Assembly: GCA_964270895.1 (NCBI GenBank)
Contig: OZ185440.1
Origin: Podarcis filfolensis
Taxonomy: Eukaryota
DNA: 64,000 bases
Reading direction: 5' to 3' (one strand)
Below the pieces are notes generated by a model. That model saw nothing but the letters and a program-made list of their open reading frames with translations, ran no database searches and was not told where the DNA came from. The position numbers and the translations under genes were made by a program. Positions 12,601-25,655 of the stretch are shown in pieces; within the stretch, counting starts at the first letter, position 1, and each line of letters begins with the position of its first letter.

Positions 12601-15191
12601 AGAATGCCCCTTCCCTCCTGAAAAGATCTTCCTGAGATACAGTTTTTTGAGGAAACTATCAGTTTCTAATATTCCCTTCCGGGGCAAGGTGGCCATCTGG
12701 CATCAGGTGTGCCTGGAAGAAGCAGATTATCTAGACTCAAGCTGGCTTCAGGTATGCTTTTAGCACCAAAACTGCCCAGGCCAACCTGATACAACCTGAT
12801 ACAGCCCAAGGCTCAGTGGTTTAGCAGTGCCACCCACGTCCCTAAAAGTATAAGTAGGCTGTTCTAAATAATACTCAATTTGAGGTTTATGGGCTACTTC
12901 CTAAGTGCAGATGTTCACGTAAGATGTTTTACCTAAAAATGCAAATATAGTAAATGTGTTAACAAATCTGGTTTCCTGTGTATTTGCAAAGAAGAATATG
13001 CTGAGTTGAAATAATCTTGCTGCAGCATAAAATTACTTTAAACTTTTTTTGCAAATTGAGGATAATCCAGTAAGATAAATATTTATTTTGCAATATTTTA
13101 AAGAGTGGTGGGCAACGCGGCTTCTGAGGCCCTCTGTTAATGTTGGTAGTGCGTTGCTGCCACATAGCTTGCTCCCATACAAACACCCTGAGATATATGG
13201 AAGAAATCCAGCTGCTGCACTTTACACCCTGAGCTTCTCCTATATAGGTCAGGTCATGCTGCACTATGCCAGCTTCACACGAAGGAGCCATGCTGTAATG
13301 CAGCCTTCACCCACCTGCTGCCCCCTGTGCTGCCTGAGACTCATGGGAATTGTCTTTAGACATCTGGCAGGCATCCGGTTTGTGGAGCCTGCTGTTTTTG
13401 GTCCCGTGCTCTCAGTATAAGTGGGGAAAGTTTATATCCTCATGCAAAATAAAGAGGGTAAAATTTTGGAATGTTGCATTTCAGAGTGTAGGTATGGGGA
13501 GAGTCATAGTTGTTAAATGCTTTTTCACACAAGACTCCTGTATGTAGCACATCAAAGGATATCTCTGATACAATGGTATATGCAAGGAAAGTTATATATG
13601 GGGAAATAATTATTTTAAAATATGCAACCCCCAACAGGAAGCCAGAAGTGATACAGTCCAAAGCTTTAGAACCTCATTTAATTTTCAAGCTGACAAAAAG
13701 TTGAAAATAAGAGGCCATAATTTAGTTCTTTTCAGTTTCAATTTTTTGACTTCCCTATGGATTCCCTTACATTAGGTCATAGTATCAGGATTTTTCAAGG
13801 AGTTGGCTTTTCCACAACTTACGTTATTTTCAAATCCAAGGCAGCATCTTCATTGAACCATAATGGGGGGGGGGGGAGAATCTTTATCTCTAAGAAGTTT
13901 TTTGCGAAGTGTGAGAACATCAAACTGCCAATTTACACACTAGCCATAATCTCAACATTAACGTTTGGTTAACCTTATCAAACTGAGCAGAGTTAAACTT
14001 ATTCCATGCTGAATTGAATTGTGGGCTGTTTCTGTGGCTTTCTTACATAGAGGCATTTTGTGCTAGTGTTTTGTGTCTGTTATAACCTTGGAAGCCTAGG
14101 CAACTTTCTAGGCTGCATACACATGACATTTTTCAGCTGCATGCACACATTTTATTATAGAATCAATAGAGACTTGAGTACATTTTTCCCTGTGTAGTAT
14201 ACACACAAAATCCAGATCTTCTCCCTATTCCCCCCCCCCCCCACGAAAAGCACTTTTAGAGAAACCGGATTCATTCTAAAAATAAAAGCTCATTGCAGAT
14301 TGAATCTGCCCTACCCCCAAATATATCCATTTGAAAGCAGTTGTCGAGGGCCCTGTCAGTGGGGGTCATAGCCACACCTGCCCCAGTTACATTGTAGGTG
14401 GGCATATACAAAAGCCACAATCACCATTTCATTTGCCTGAGTCATGTGAAAGAGCAAAAGGCATGGAAAACCTAATGAAAGGGAGGGGCTTTAGAACATG
14501 TTTCAAGTAGCTACATCCATCCTTAGGTATAGCAAGATCTAGAATCAATCTAAATGGAAAGCAGCATGTTGAATACAAGCATGAATGCTTCTGGATTGAG
14601 AAACACTACATTTTTGTGCTACAAGCAGTTAAAGTGTGTACGGCTTTACTGACAGGTATATCTTCTTGCTCCAGAAATTTCCGCAGCCAAGCATGAAGGC
14701 GGTGAAAATAACACATGAATCGCGTCACATACAAGAATTTTGAGTTCTATAACAGTTTTCTTTTGGGGGCAAACCTTTGGTCTGAGGTGAACTCAATATT
14801 GCCCTTTAACCCGCGGGTTGGTCTTTAATTGGTTCTTACTGTGATGAAATATATTTTAAAGCTAGATGTTTTGTATTTGTGGGGTTTTTTGTTTTGCTTT
14901 AGCCTGTGGTTTTTTTATTTTAATAGTTAACCACACCAATACGTTTTTAGGTAAATAGCTGATGATCTCCCAGCCATTTAGAGGAGGAATTGAGTTCTGA
15001 GATGTAGAGCACATGCATGCACAGGGTCCCACAACGAACCCATGCCACCGCCTAAATAGATCTTGGGCATCAAGAGTAGGAGATGAAACACAGCAAAACC
15101 ACAGCTGTTTAACAGTAGACAGTACTGGGGGAGATGGTAGTTTAAAATATGTTCACCATAATTTCTAACCTTTATACTTGCAATGCAGATA

Positions 15192-15416
15192 CAGTGGTAC
15201 CTCGAGTTAAGTACTTAATTCGTTCCAGAGGTCCGTTCTTAACCTGAAGCACCACTTTAACTAATGGGGCCTCCTGCTGTTGCCGCGCCGCCGGAGCACG
15301 ATTTCTCTTCTCATCCTGAAGCAAAGTTCTTAACTTGAAGCACTATTTCTGGGTTAGCGGAGTCTGTAACCTGAAGTGTATGTAACCTGAAGCGTATGTA
15401 ACCCGAGGTACCACTG
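15192..15416. mobile_element. Tc1/mariner (Tigger-like) MITE
   Basis: TIR CAGTGGTACCTCG / CGAGGTACCACTG, TA duplicated both sides, repeated TAACCTGAAG motifs inside. Confidence 0.92.
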
Positions 15417-17069
15417 TATCTTTACAGCAAAATAAAACGCGCTTTGTCTGCCTGTTGTCCAAAGGGGCGTTTCAGCATACATTTTCATCACCTGATGACC
15501 ATAATAAAATGGGTGGTTTGTATGCATAATACAGCCATCACAGATCTAATGGCACTCAAAACTATAGTTGTTTTAAATAGTTTTTATGCTTTGACGCGCC
15601 CTGGGACCTTAGGCTGAAGGGTGGTTAATCATAATAATATAGATTCAGCCTTGGTGCTAAATTTCCTTATGTGCAAATTGGGTGTTTTGACATAAGCTTT
15701 TAGATCCCACTTCATTAGATGCATGAAATGTTATCCTCAGTTGGCAGTTATCAGCCATCTGAGAACAACACTTCACGCGTCTGTGGAAGAGAACTCTAAG
15801 CTAGAATACCTTATGCACAATATTGGTGTGTTAGTTTTTTAAGGAGTCACAAGATGCTTCATTGCAGACATCTTTGCCTGAATCATCTCAGTATACAGTA
15901 GATTCCAAGAGCAATGGAGGCACAAAAAGCCTGTTTCTTCATGTGGTTGAGCTGGTTCTGGAAAAAAATGTTCCAAAGACCAGTTTATGCATTCTACAAC
16001 CTCAGGCCTTGTTGCCTAGTCCTTTTAAAGTTGTCTCAAAAGTGCATTCAACTTTGCCTTGCCTATTTTTCAGCATAAGCCCAATAACTTCTAGTACATT
16101 TGCCTGAAGGTGCTATTATCCAGAAAAGCCCTTTAAAGAAGACATTGGAGCAGGCAATGCAGAAAGTACCTCCTGAATTACAATTCTGCAATTAATAAGG
16201 GGGAGGAGAGATTGTGTCATCATAAGTTCTCACTACATTCTCTGAAAACCTCGAGTAGGCTGTTGATTTTTAATTTTTTATTAAGTAAAGCTGCTATCCT
16301 TCCCTAACATTGGATAGAATAAACGCTATAATCTGGCTCTGAAAGCTGTGTTGGATGGGAGACCACCTGGGAACCATTTGTAAGTTGCTTTGAGGTCTTT
16401 AGAGGAAGCACATGGTATAAGCAATAAATAAATGAAGACTGTTTATGTTCATATTCAAAGCTTGTATGTTTGGATAAGGAATATTCCTTAGGGGGAAATG
16501 GGACTGCTCAAGTCCTTTGATTCGTAAGAAGTGTTTCCCGAGTTCAATTAATATATTTCCTTTTTTAAAAAGTAGTTTTATTGTTTCAAGGAACAGAACT
16601 TGGGCAAGGGTAGGGATGAATGAAGGATTTTTAAAGCAATAGTAGCACTGAAATTGATTTCAAAGTGTTTGTTCAAATATGTGCATGATCATTTAAAATG
16701 CAAAATTCTAATTTTGAAATTCCAAATCCAGATTTGAAATTTGACTCCAGCTTTCAAGTTCTATTTATGGCTGAATTTTCCATTTCTATTGGAGTGGAAA
16801 TGTTCGGATTTTTGTGCAGGTTCACATGAATGTTGGTGACAAGTTTGAGTTGCAGCATGGGAAAATGTGAATTGAATTGCAACGTAGACACCACATACTG
16901 AATTTTGCAGGTTTCATAGATTTCACATTCCACTTGTCATGCAACAGTTGGGAGGAAAGAGCTACTGGATATTTATATAACAAATCAAGTAAAACTGTAT
17001 TGTCCCCATGTTGCTTCCATGTAACTTTATTACAACTGTACCATTTAGTCTGTTTGAAAGAGTTTATGA

Positions 17070-17205
17070 CAGGCATGGCCAAACTTGGCCCTCCAGATGT
17101 TTTGGGACTACAACTCCCATCATCCATAGCTAACAGGACCAGTGGTCAGGGATGGTGGGAATTGTAGTCCCAAAACATCTGGAGGGCCAAGTTTGGCCAT
17201 GCCTG
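17070..17205. mobile_element. Short palindromic hAT MITE (near-perfect hairpin)
   Basis: About 50-bp inverted arms CAGGCATGGCCAAACTTGGCCCTCCAGATGTTTTGGGACTACAA; flanks GTTTATGA / GTCTAGGA; relatives at about 113-238, 12135-12253, 27010-27146, 33242-33381, 36436-36556, 44192-44303. Confidence 0.88.
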
Positions 17206-17799
17206 GTCTAGGAGAAGGCATTGCATCGTAAGTCTCAAGCCATTGAGCCTAGTGGACTTCTCAACACAGCTGCTACTTTTCTACAGCAGCCAGTTTCTGA
17301 ATAACAGTTTATGTATGGTTTTGGTTGCTGCTGCTTCCAACTGTCTTGAAGATACATTGCCAGGTTACACAGTTCTTTAAGTCACTGCAAACACTTTGTG
17401 ACCACAATTACAATGAATCAAACTTGTACTTGATCTATAGATAAACACTTTGGGTAGTAATCAGCATGGCACTAAGGAGGTTGTTCAGTCAGCATAAGCA
17501 TTTTTGGTTGCATGATAGAACCATCTCCTCTCCTCTCCCCACAAACTTCTCTGGGATTTCTGACACACACACCCCGAACAGATTTGTGGGGTACATGGGA
17601 GGAAAGAGTGGGGAAAGCCCTACTGGAGTTGTCGTGCTGACTTCCACTAACAATACCAAGTAGCTGAATCCAGCCCATGGCCTAGATTGCTGCCGATACT
17701 ACCAGCTGTCACTATCCAATGCCAAATTTGGTTCTTGCACCAAATACACACACCTAAAAAAAACTTGAGTTCTCATATTTTGACTCTTATTGCCCTCAA

Positions 17800-18135
17800 C
17801 ACATTAATTTTTATTTACTTTTTAAAATTTGTATACCACCTTTCATCTGAAGGTCCCAAGGCAGTTCACAACAGAAAAATACAAAATGAGAATACAGTAT
17901 ACATAATAAAAACCAATAGCCCCCAACACATTAAAAAAAAAAAGCCATGGGGTGTTCAATCAACACCTGGTTGAAGAGAAACATTTCCCCCGGTGCCTAA
18001 ATATATGTAATGAATGCGCCAGGTGAGACTTCCTTGGGAGAGCATCTCACAAACAGGGAGCCATTGCAGAAAAGGTCCATTCTTGTGTTGCCACCTTCCG
18101 GACCTCATGAAGGCACACAAAGAAGGGCCTCAGAT
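17800..18135 (-). mobile_element. Older L2-type 3' fragment
   Basis: Shares blocks (gttgaagagaaacatt..ggtgcctaaa) with 26150-26400 and, inverted, 45545-45812. Confidence 0.6.
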
Positions 18136-18973
18136 AAACAGTTCAGCTTTTTACTCTTAAAGTCATTTAAACAATGCCCAATCAAAAATGGAACGGGATA
18201 GTCTAAAAAAGTTATCCACCTTGGCTCCCAATTCCATATTAAATCTCACCTTTTTGAGGGCCTTGTGTTACTGACAGCCAACCATGCTGGGTGTGTAAAA
18301 TTTACACCCATTTTCCTCCCCTCTTGTGCCATTCCAGGATACAGAAGTGATTAACTTTTGGAGAAGTTTCTGCTACTTAAAAGTGTTTGCAAACATGTTT
18401 GCTGCATTTACACTATTCCAATTTTTATTCTTCAAATATGCTTGTTGATTTTGCATTACTTCCTGCCCCAAAACCGCAGCTCATTTAATAGCCAAGAACC
18501 TATCCCTTACTGCTGGGTATTTTCTTTCTTCTTTAAAAAAAGTTTTATTGAAACTTTTCAGCATACTGTCCAATAAAAAACAAACTAAGTAAAAATTAAG
18601 AAAATTTCAACTTCATCTTCAGCCATTTAAGAATATTGGTTTCATCCTCTAAGTGGTTTTCCTGATTCTTGTGTCCTTAAAAATTCTTGTGGATATAATG
18701 GCTTTGTGTTTGCCAATATAAACAGGTCCCAATTATTGTCCTTTGTTTTGAAAGGGATCCGATTCAAGCTTTTAAAAGTTGATGTCCTGTAATCAACTCC
18801 GTACCAAAGACGCCTGTGTAAGCTTAGCAGTCATCGGAGAAAATGAACTCTCCTCTTATGGATCAGTAATTGTTGCAGAAACAGGAAGAGAGTAGGAATA
18901 AATGGATATTTCTCCAACCAGAGGGATGTAGAAAGTGCAGTCCTTTTTCAGCTTGTTGATAAATTATCTAGAC

Positions 18974-19165
18974 CAGAGCTTTTCAAACTGTGTATTGCGA
19001 CACATTAGTGTGTCGGCTACAGTGTGTCGGTGTGTCACGTGAATGCTCCAATGGCTGGAAAGGGGTTAATTTAACGTCTGGTTTGCTAGTAAAACTGAAT
19101 TACTGTGTCGCGAAATGATGCATGTCTAAAAAGTGTGTCACCAACATGAAAAGTTTGGCAAGCTG
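18974..19165. mobile_element. hAT-family MITE
   Basis: Degenerate TIR CAGAGCTTTTCAAACT / AAGTTTGGCAAGCTG; flanks ATCTAGAC / ATTTAGAT. Confidence 0.65.
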
Positions 19166-19408
19166 ATTTAGATTAAGGGTGAGCAGTGAAGTAGTCAAGT
19201 TACAAGGGATTGTAAAGACCTCCAAAAGGACTTCTCCAAACTGAGTGAATGAATGTAAAATTGCAAGCAAGTGTAAAGTGAGGCACATTGGGACAAAAAA
19301 AAGTAATTAATTTTGCAGATACACTCATGGGGTCTGTACTGGCAGTGTCTGGCCAAACGACTGCCTCCTTCCCTACAGACCCTCTCTGGTGCTAAGATGG
19401 GTGGAGGG

Positions 19409-22400
19409 TCATAGAATCATAGAGTTGGAAGAGACCACAAGGGCCATCGAGTCCAACCCCCTGCCAAGCAGGAAACACCATCAGAGCACTCCTGACATAT
19501 GGTTGTCAAGCCTCTGCTTAAAGACCTCCAAAGAAGGAGACTCCACCACACTCCTTGGCAGCAAATTCCACTGTCAAACAGCTCTTACTGTCAGGAAGTT
19601 CTTCCTAATGTTTAGGTGGAATCTTCTTTCTTGTAGTTTGGATCCATTGCTCCGTGTCCGCTTCTTTGGAGCAGCAGAAAACAACCTTTCTCCCTCCTCT
19701 ATGTGACATCCTTTTATATATTTGAACATGGCTATCATATCACCCCATAACCTCCTCTTCTCCAGGCTAAACATGCCCAGCTCCCTTAGCCGTTCCTCAT
19801 AAGGCATCGTTTCCAGGCCTTTGACCATTTTGGTTGCCCTCCTCTGGACACGTTCCAGTTTGTCAGTGTCCTTCTTGAACTGTGGTGCCCAGAACTGGAC
19901 ACAGTACTCCAGGTGAGGTCTGACCAGAGCAGAATACAGTGGCACTATTACTTCCCTTGATCTAGATGCTATACTCCTATTGATGCAGCCCAGAATTGCA
20001 TTGGCTTTTTTAGCTGCCGCGTCACACTATTGGCTCATGTCAAGTTTGTGGTCAACCAAGACTCCTAGATCCTTTTCACATGTACTGCTCTCAAGCCAGG
20101 TGTCACCCATCTTGTATTTGTGCCTCTCATTTTTTTTGCCCAAGTGCAATACTTTACATTTCTCCCTGTTAAAATTCATCTTGTTTGTTTTGGCCCAGTT
20201 CTCTAATCTGTCAAGGTCGTTTTGAAGTGTGATCCTGTCCTCTGGGGTGTTAGCCACCCCTCCCAGTTTGGTGTCATCTGCAAATTTGATCAGGATGCCC
20301 TTGAGTCCATCATCCAAGTCGTTGATAAAGATGTTGAATAAGACTGGGCCCAAGACAGAACCCTGTGGCACCCCACTAGTCACTCTTCTCCAGGATGAAG
20401 AGGAACCATTGATGAGCACCCTTTGGGTTCGGTCAGTCAGCCAGTTACAAATCCACTGAGTGGTAGCATAGTCAAGACCGCATTTTACCAGCTTCTTTAC
20501 AAGAATATCATGGGGCACCTTGTCAAATGCCTTGCTGAAATCAAGGTAGGCTACATCCACTGCGTTCCCTTCATCTACCAGGCTTGTAATTCTGTCAAAA
20601 AATGAGATCAGGTTAGTCTGACATGACTTATTTTTCAGAAATCCATGCTGACTATTGGTGATCACAGCATTCCTTTCTAGGTGCTCACAGACTGTTTGCT
20701 TAATGATCTGCTCCAGAATCTTCCCTGGTATTGATGTCAGACTGACTGGGCAGTAATTATTTGGGTCCTCTCTTTTTCCCTTTTTGAAAATAGGGACAAC
20801 ATTTGCCCTCCTCCAGTCTGCCGGGACTTCGCCTGTTCTCCAGGAATTCTCAAAGATGACTGCCAGTGGTTCTGAGATCACATCTGCCAGTTCTTTTAAT
20901 ACTCTTGGATGCAGTTCATCTGGCCCTGGAGACTTGAATACATCTCAACTAGCCAAGTATTCTTGTACTATCTCCTTAGTTACTCTGGGCTGTGTTTCCT
21001 CTGCTGAATCATTTGCTCCAAATTCTTCAGGTCGGGCATTGTTTTCTTTATCAGAGAAGACTGGGGCAAAGAAGGCATTGAGGAGTTCAGCCCTTTCTGT
21101 GTCCCCTGTTTGCATTTCACCATCTTCTCCTCTGAGTGACCCCACTGTATCTTTGTTCTTCCTTTTGCTACGAACATACCCATAAAAGCCTTTTTTGTTG
21201 CTTTTAACCTCTCTAGCAAGCCTGAGTTCATTCTGTGCTTTAGCTTTTCTGACTTTGTGTCTACACGTGCTGGCTATTTGTTTGAATTCCTCTTTGGTGG
21301 TTTCTCCCCTTTTCCATTTTTTGTACACATCCTTTTTTAATCTTAACTCAGTTAAAAGTTCTTTAGATAGCCACCCTGGCTTCTTTAGGCACCTTCCATG
21401 TTTCCATCTCATTGGTATTGCCTGAAGTTGTGCTTTTACTATCTCCCTCTTAACAAACTCCCAGCCATCATGAACTCCCTTTCCTTTTAGTATTACTGTC
21501 CATGGGATCTCACCCAGCACTTCCCTAAGTTTTATGAAGTCGGCTTTCTTAAAGTCAAGAAATTGAGTCCTAGTATGCTTGGCTGCTCCTTTCCGCTGTA
21601 TAGTAAACTTCAGAGGAGCATGATCACTCGCGCCTAATGATCTTTCCACTTCTACCCCACTAACCAGGTCATCAGCATTGGTTAGGACCAGATCTAAAAT
21701 GGCTGTTCCTCTTGTTGCTTCTCCCACTTTCTGGACAATGAAGTTGTCTGCAAGGCCAGTGAGGAATCTGTTTGACCTTATGCTCTTGGCTGAGTTTGAC
21801 ATCCAACAAATATCCGGATAATTGAAGTCTCCCATTACTACTATCTCCCTTCCTTTTGCATGCTTGGCCATCTGTTCCAGGAAGGCATCATCTATGTCCT
21901 CCGTTTGGCTTGGGGATCTATAGTAAACTCCCACAATGAGGTCACTGTTATTCTTCTCTCCCTTAATTTTGACCCAAATGCTCTCACTTTGGCTTTGAGG
22001 TTCTAAATCTTGGATCTCTTCACAGGTATACACATCCCTGACATATAACGCCACTCCTCCTCCTTTCTTGTCTGGTCTGTTTCTCTGAAATAGATTGTAT
22101 CCCTCCATTATTACATTCCAATCGTGGGACTTATCCCACCAGGTTTCAGTGATGCCTATTATGTCATATTTAGTTTGCTGTACCAAGAGCTCAAGCTCAT
22201 CTTGTTTATTTCCCATGCTTTGCGCATTAGTGTACAGACATTGAAGTCCATTAATCATTCCCCCGTGTCTCTTTTTTAAGGATTTTTTCCTCCCACCACT
22301 AGGTCTGCGTGCTGTTTGCTCCATTTGGTCTATGACATTTGGATGATCATCTTCATCAATTGATAGACTCCTACCTTCAGGAGCACTGTCTCCCTCCCCC

Positions 22401-22692
22401 ACATTAGTCAGTTTAAAGCCCTCCTGATGAGGTTTCTGAGATTTTTGGCAAAAACATTCCTCCCAACTGTTGTGAGGTGCAGCCCATCGCTTGCCAGAAG
22501 TCCATCTTCAAGAAACTGCAGTCTGTGATCTAAGAATCCAAACCGTTCCTGTTTACATCATTTGCGAAGCCAGCTGTTCACTTCCACTATTTTTCCCTCT
22601 CTCCCTGGGCCACGTCGTTCAACTGGGAGGACAGATGAGATGACAATTTGTGCATTTAATTGCTTCAATTTCCTGCCCAGAGCCTCGTAGTC
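19409..22692 (-). mobile_element. CR1 LINE, 5'-truncated, near-intact (ORF1 C-terminus + ORF2 endonuclease/RT)
   Basis: ORF1 tail ...DGLHLTTVGRNVFAKNLRNLIRRALN* (stop 22408-22410); ORF2 with CLYTNAQS, ITETWW, GDFNYP, SDH (APE endonuclease), YLDFSKAFD, GVPQGSVLGP, FADD (RT), one frame to TGA 19481; 3' end (ATTCTATG)-type repeat at 19409-19423. Confidence 0.96.
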
Positions 22693-22800
22693 CAATAGGG
22701 TGCCCTATTGGTTGTTCCAGCACCCTCAGAAGCGTGGATAAGGCTGTCAACAGATACTAACGATACAGGTATGTTTTACCTCCACAGTAGGAGTAGAACA

Positions 22801-23049
22801 TCAAACATTAAAAACTTCCCTATACAGGACTGCCTTCAGATGTCTCCTAAGAGTCAGTTTGTTTCCTAGACATATGACGGAAGGGCGTTCCACAGGGTGG
22901 GTGCGACTACAGAGAAGGCCCTCTGCCTGGTTCCCTGTAGCTTTACTTCCCACAATGAGGGAACCGCCAGAAGGCCCTCGGAGCTGGATTTCAGTGTCCG
23001 GGCTGAGCGATGGGGGTGGAGATACTCCTTCAGGTATACAGAGCCGAAG
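22801..23049 (-). mobile_element. L2-type LINE 3' fragment
   Basis: Translates YLKEYLHPHRSARTLKSSSEGLLAVP..QRAFSVVAPTLWNALP; near-identical to copies at 29.9 and 43.9 kb. Confidence 0.85.
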
Positions 23050-24403
23050 TACAACACACAAAGTGTAAACCAGCCCCAAACTGAATATTCACAATAACAA
23101 AAAAGTCCTTAATAGTACTTACTGATACTATTCACTCCTACAGTTTGCCCTGCACAGGTATGGAGGCAGAGTTGGTATGCAAAAGTGTTCTAAGGGTTGG
23201 GACTTAAGGAGGCAGTGATTACTGCCCTGCGTTCATTGCAATCAGCACTGTTGCCATTCTGCTACAGTTTTGCTTCTTCTAAAACCTATGTTGATGCCAG
23301 AACTGATGCAATTCATCATGTATGAATGGAAAGGAAACATCAGAACATGACAATAATTATTTACATCATGTTGCAGATTTAAAGGAAAAACACCATAGCC
23401 AATACCACTGCTATTTGCTTGCATGATTTCCATTCCAGGCTTCCTATGAACATGCAGTTTGTGGCAATTTACACTCCCATTCTTACAGCATCCCTATCTA
23501 GGGGTCAGTCTTTGTTTGAGAATCTTTGCTTAGTGGTGACTTATAACTAGCATAGAGGGACTGTCTATAAGCAAAGGCAAGGCCTGCATGAAAGGAAGTA
23601 GCATTTTGCTAAATTTCTTGTAGAGTCTTAATGCATGGTGGGGGTTCGCTGGAAAGCTAAATTCATGATCCTTCAACACCAATGCTTAAGATATTACTTT
23701 GGGTATCCTCGTTAATTTCAGTGGTCTTGTGGAAATAAAGCTCATCCCACGTATCTTTGGCTTGGTTTTTTAACTGATGCTAGCAGCAGTCCTAAGTATA
23801 CTTACAAGGAATCTCTGCTGCAATTCTATATAAACACTTACTTGGGAGCAAGCCCTACTGAGCCCACTGAGCCTACTTCTAAGTAAACATGCCTAGGATT
23901 GCCCTTTATGTCCTTTTGAACTGAGTGTGGCTTGCTTCTAAGTAAATATGTTTAGGATCAGTCTGTATATGTTGTGATTAAATCTCACATTATTGAACTG
24001 GGCCTGTGCTAATGGTTGACTGACAACCACACAGTGCCATAAGTCAATAGCTAATGAGAGAGAATGAGATGAAAAGAAACCACTGCTAGCAATGGAAAAA
24101 TAACCTCTTGTAAACTGGGAAATTTTGCTATACCATACTTCAAGAGGAGCGGGTGGGCAGTAGATAGATTCATATCCAATACTTGTTTTTATTTCCAATT
24201 TGCTGCAAATCAGCAAAGGGTTTCTGGCACCCAATTATTTAACAATAACAAAAAAGCTTCCCTCCCTCTTCTAAATCAGGCAACTGAAATAAAGAAAGGT
24301 CCGGAAGGCAACCAAGAGGGGATTTGGGTCAGAAAGAGTTGTGAGCTCTGTTAATCCTAAAGCACATTTTCACCACACTTTAACAAAATGTAGACCCTGC
24401 CAA

Positions 24404-24759
24404 GGAACACTGGTGGCGCTGTGGGTTACACCACAGAGCCTAGGACTTGCCGATCAGAAGGTCGGCGGTTCGAATCCCCACGACGGGGTGAGCTCCCGTT
24501 GCTCAGTCCCTGCTCCTGCCAACCTAGCAGTTCGAAAGCACGTCAACATGCAAGTAGATAAATGGGTACCGCTCCGGCGGGAAGGTAAACGGCATTTCTG
24601 TGCGCTGCTCTGGTTCGCCAGAAGCAGCTTAGTCATGCTGGCCACATGACCCAGAAGCTGTATGCCGGCTCCCTCGGCCAGTAAAGCGAGATGAGCGCCG
24701 CAACCCCAGAGTTGGCCACGACTGGACCTAATCATCAGGGGTCCCTTTACCTTTACCTT
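24404..24759 (+). mobile_element. Sauria SINE, full length
   Basis: tRNA-like head with A box and B box (GGTTCGAATCC), (ACCTTT)n tail, 13-bp TSD TAGACCCTGCCAA / TAGACCCCGCCAA. Confidence 0.9.
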
Positions 24760-24875
24760 TAGACCCCGCCAAGCCTGAAAGCTATATAATCCAGCTATAC
24801 GTTGTTATTGCTGCTGCTGCTGTACTGCCCTAAACCCATAGATCTCAGGGTGGTTCACAACATAAAATCACAATA

Positions 24876-25116
24876 CAGTGGTACCTCGGTTTACGAACTT
24901 AATCTGTTCCGCAAGTCTGTTATTAAACCGAAACCATTCTTAAACCGAGGCACGCTTTCCCTAATGAGGGCTCCCACTGATGGTGCCCTTCCACCATTCG
25001 GATTCTGTTCTTAGACCGAGGTAAAGTTTGCAAACCGGGACACTACTTCCGGTTTTGCAGAGTTTGTATACCAAATAGTTTGTAAACAGGGCTGTTCTTA
25101 AACCGAGGTACCACTG
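24876..25116. mobile_element. Tc1/mariner (Tigger-like) MITE inside an L2 tail remnant
   Basis: TIR CAGTGGTACCTCGGTTTA / TAAACCGAGGTACCACTG, TA TSD. Confidence 0.92.
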
Positions 25117-25529
25117 TAGAAAAAAAACAGCAAATGCATAATAAAAACAGAAACAATTTTACGCTGCATACTTCTATGGATTACTAGGCTGGTTTGGAAT
25201 ACTGGTTTTTGACTCCGTAGCATCAGCTTATTCGAAATTAAGAGGATGGAACAGCTGCTACAGTTTCATGGCCAATAAATGCGTCCCCTTCCCCAGAAGG
25301 TAAAGACTTCCCTTCCTAATCAAAGACACTTGGTAATGGTATACCAGTCGTTCCTGTGTGGTGATTCTGGACCTGCAATGTCAGCGTTGGCTGAGTGAGT
25401 GGCTATTATCCTCACGGCCTGAAATCATAATACCACATGATACTTTTGATATTACTTTGAGATTGCTGCTCTTAAGTGCCAGCATGGTGATGCGCAACCT
25501 TAAACCAGTGAGAAAGTGGCTGCAATTGC

Positions 25530-25655
25530 CAGTGCTATTTTTCTATAAAAAGAGGTGCCAGAACTCACCATGAACACCTCCCTTGTTCTCTTACAATGGC
25601 AATGGCGCCCACCTGAGAGGTGCCGGACCCGAGTTCTGGCTGAAAAAAAGCCCTG
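25530..25655. mobile_element. hAT-family MITE
   Basis: Ends CAGTGCTATTTTT / AAAAAAAGCCCTG; 8-bp flanks GCAATTGC / CCAATTGC. Confidence 0.75.

Noticed and set aside
24404-24480. tRNA-like A/B boxes here and at 277-348
   Set aside because: SINE heads; no full cloverleaf, followed by SINE body
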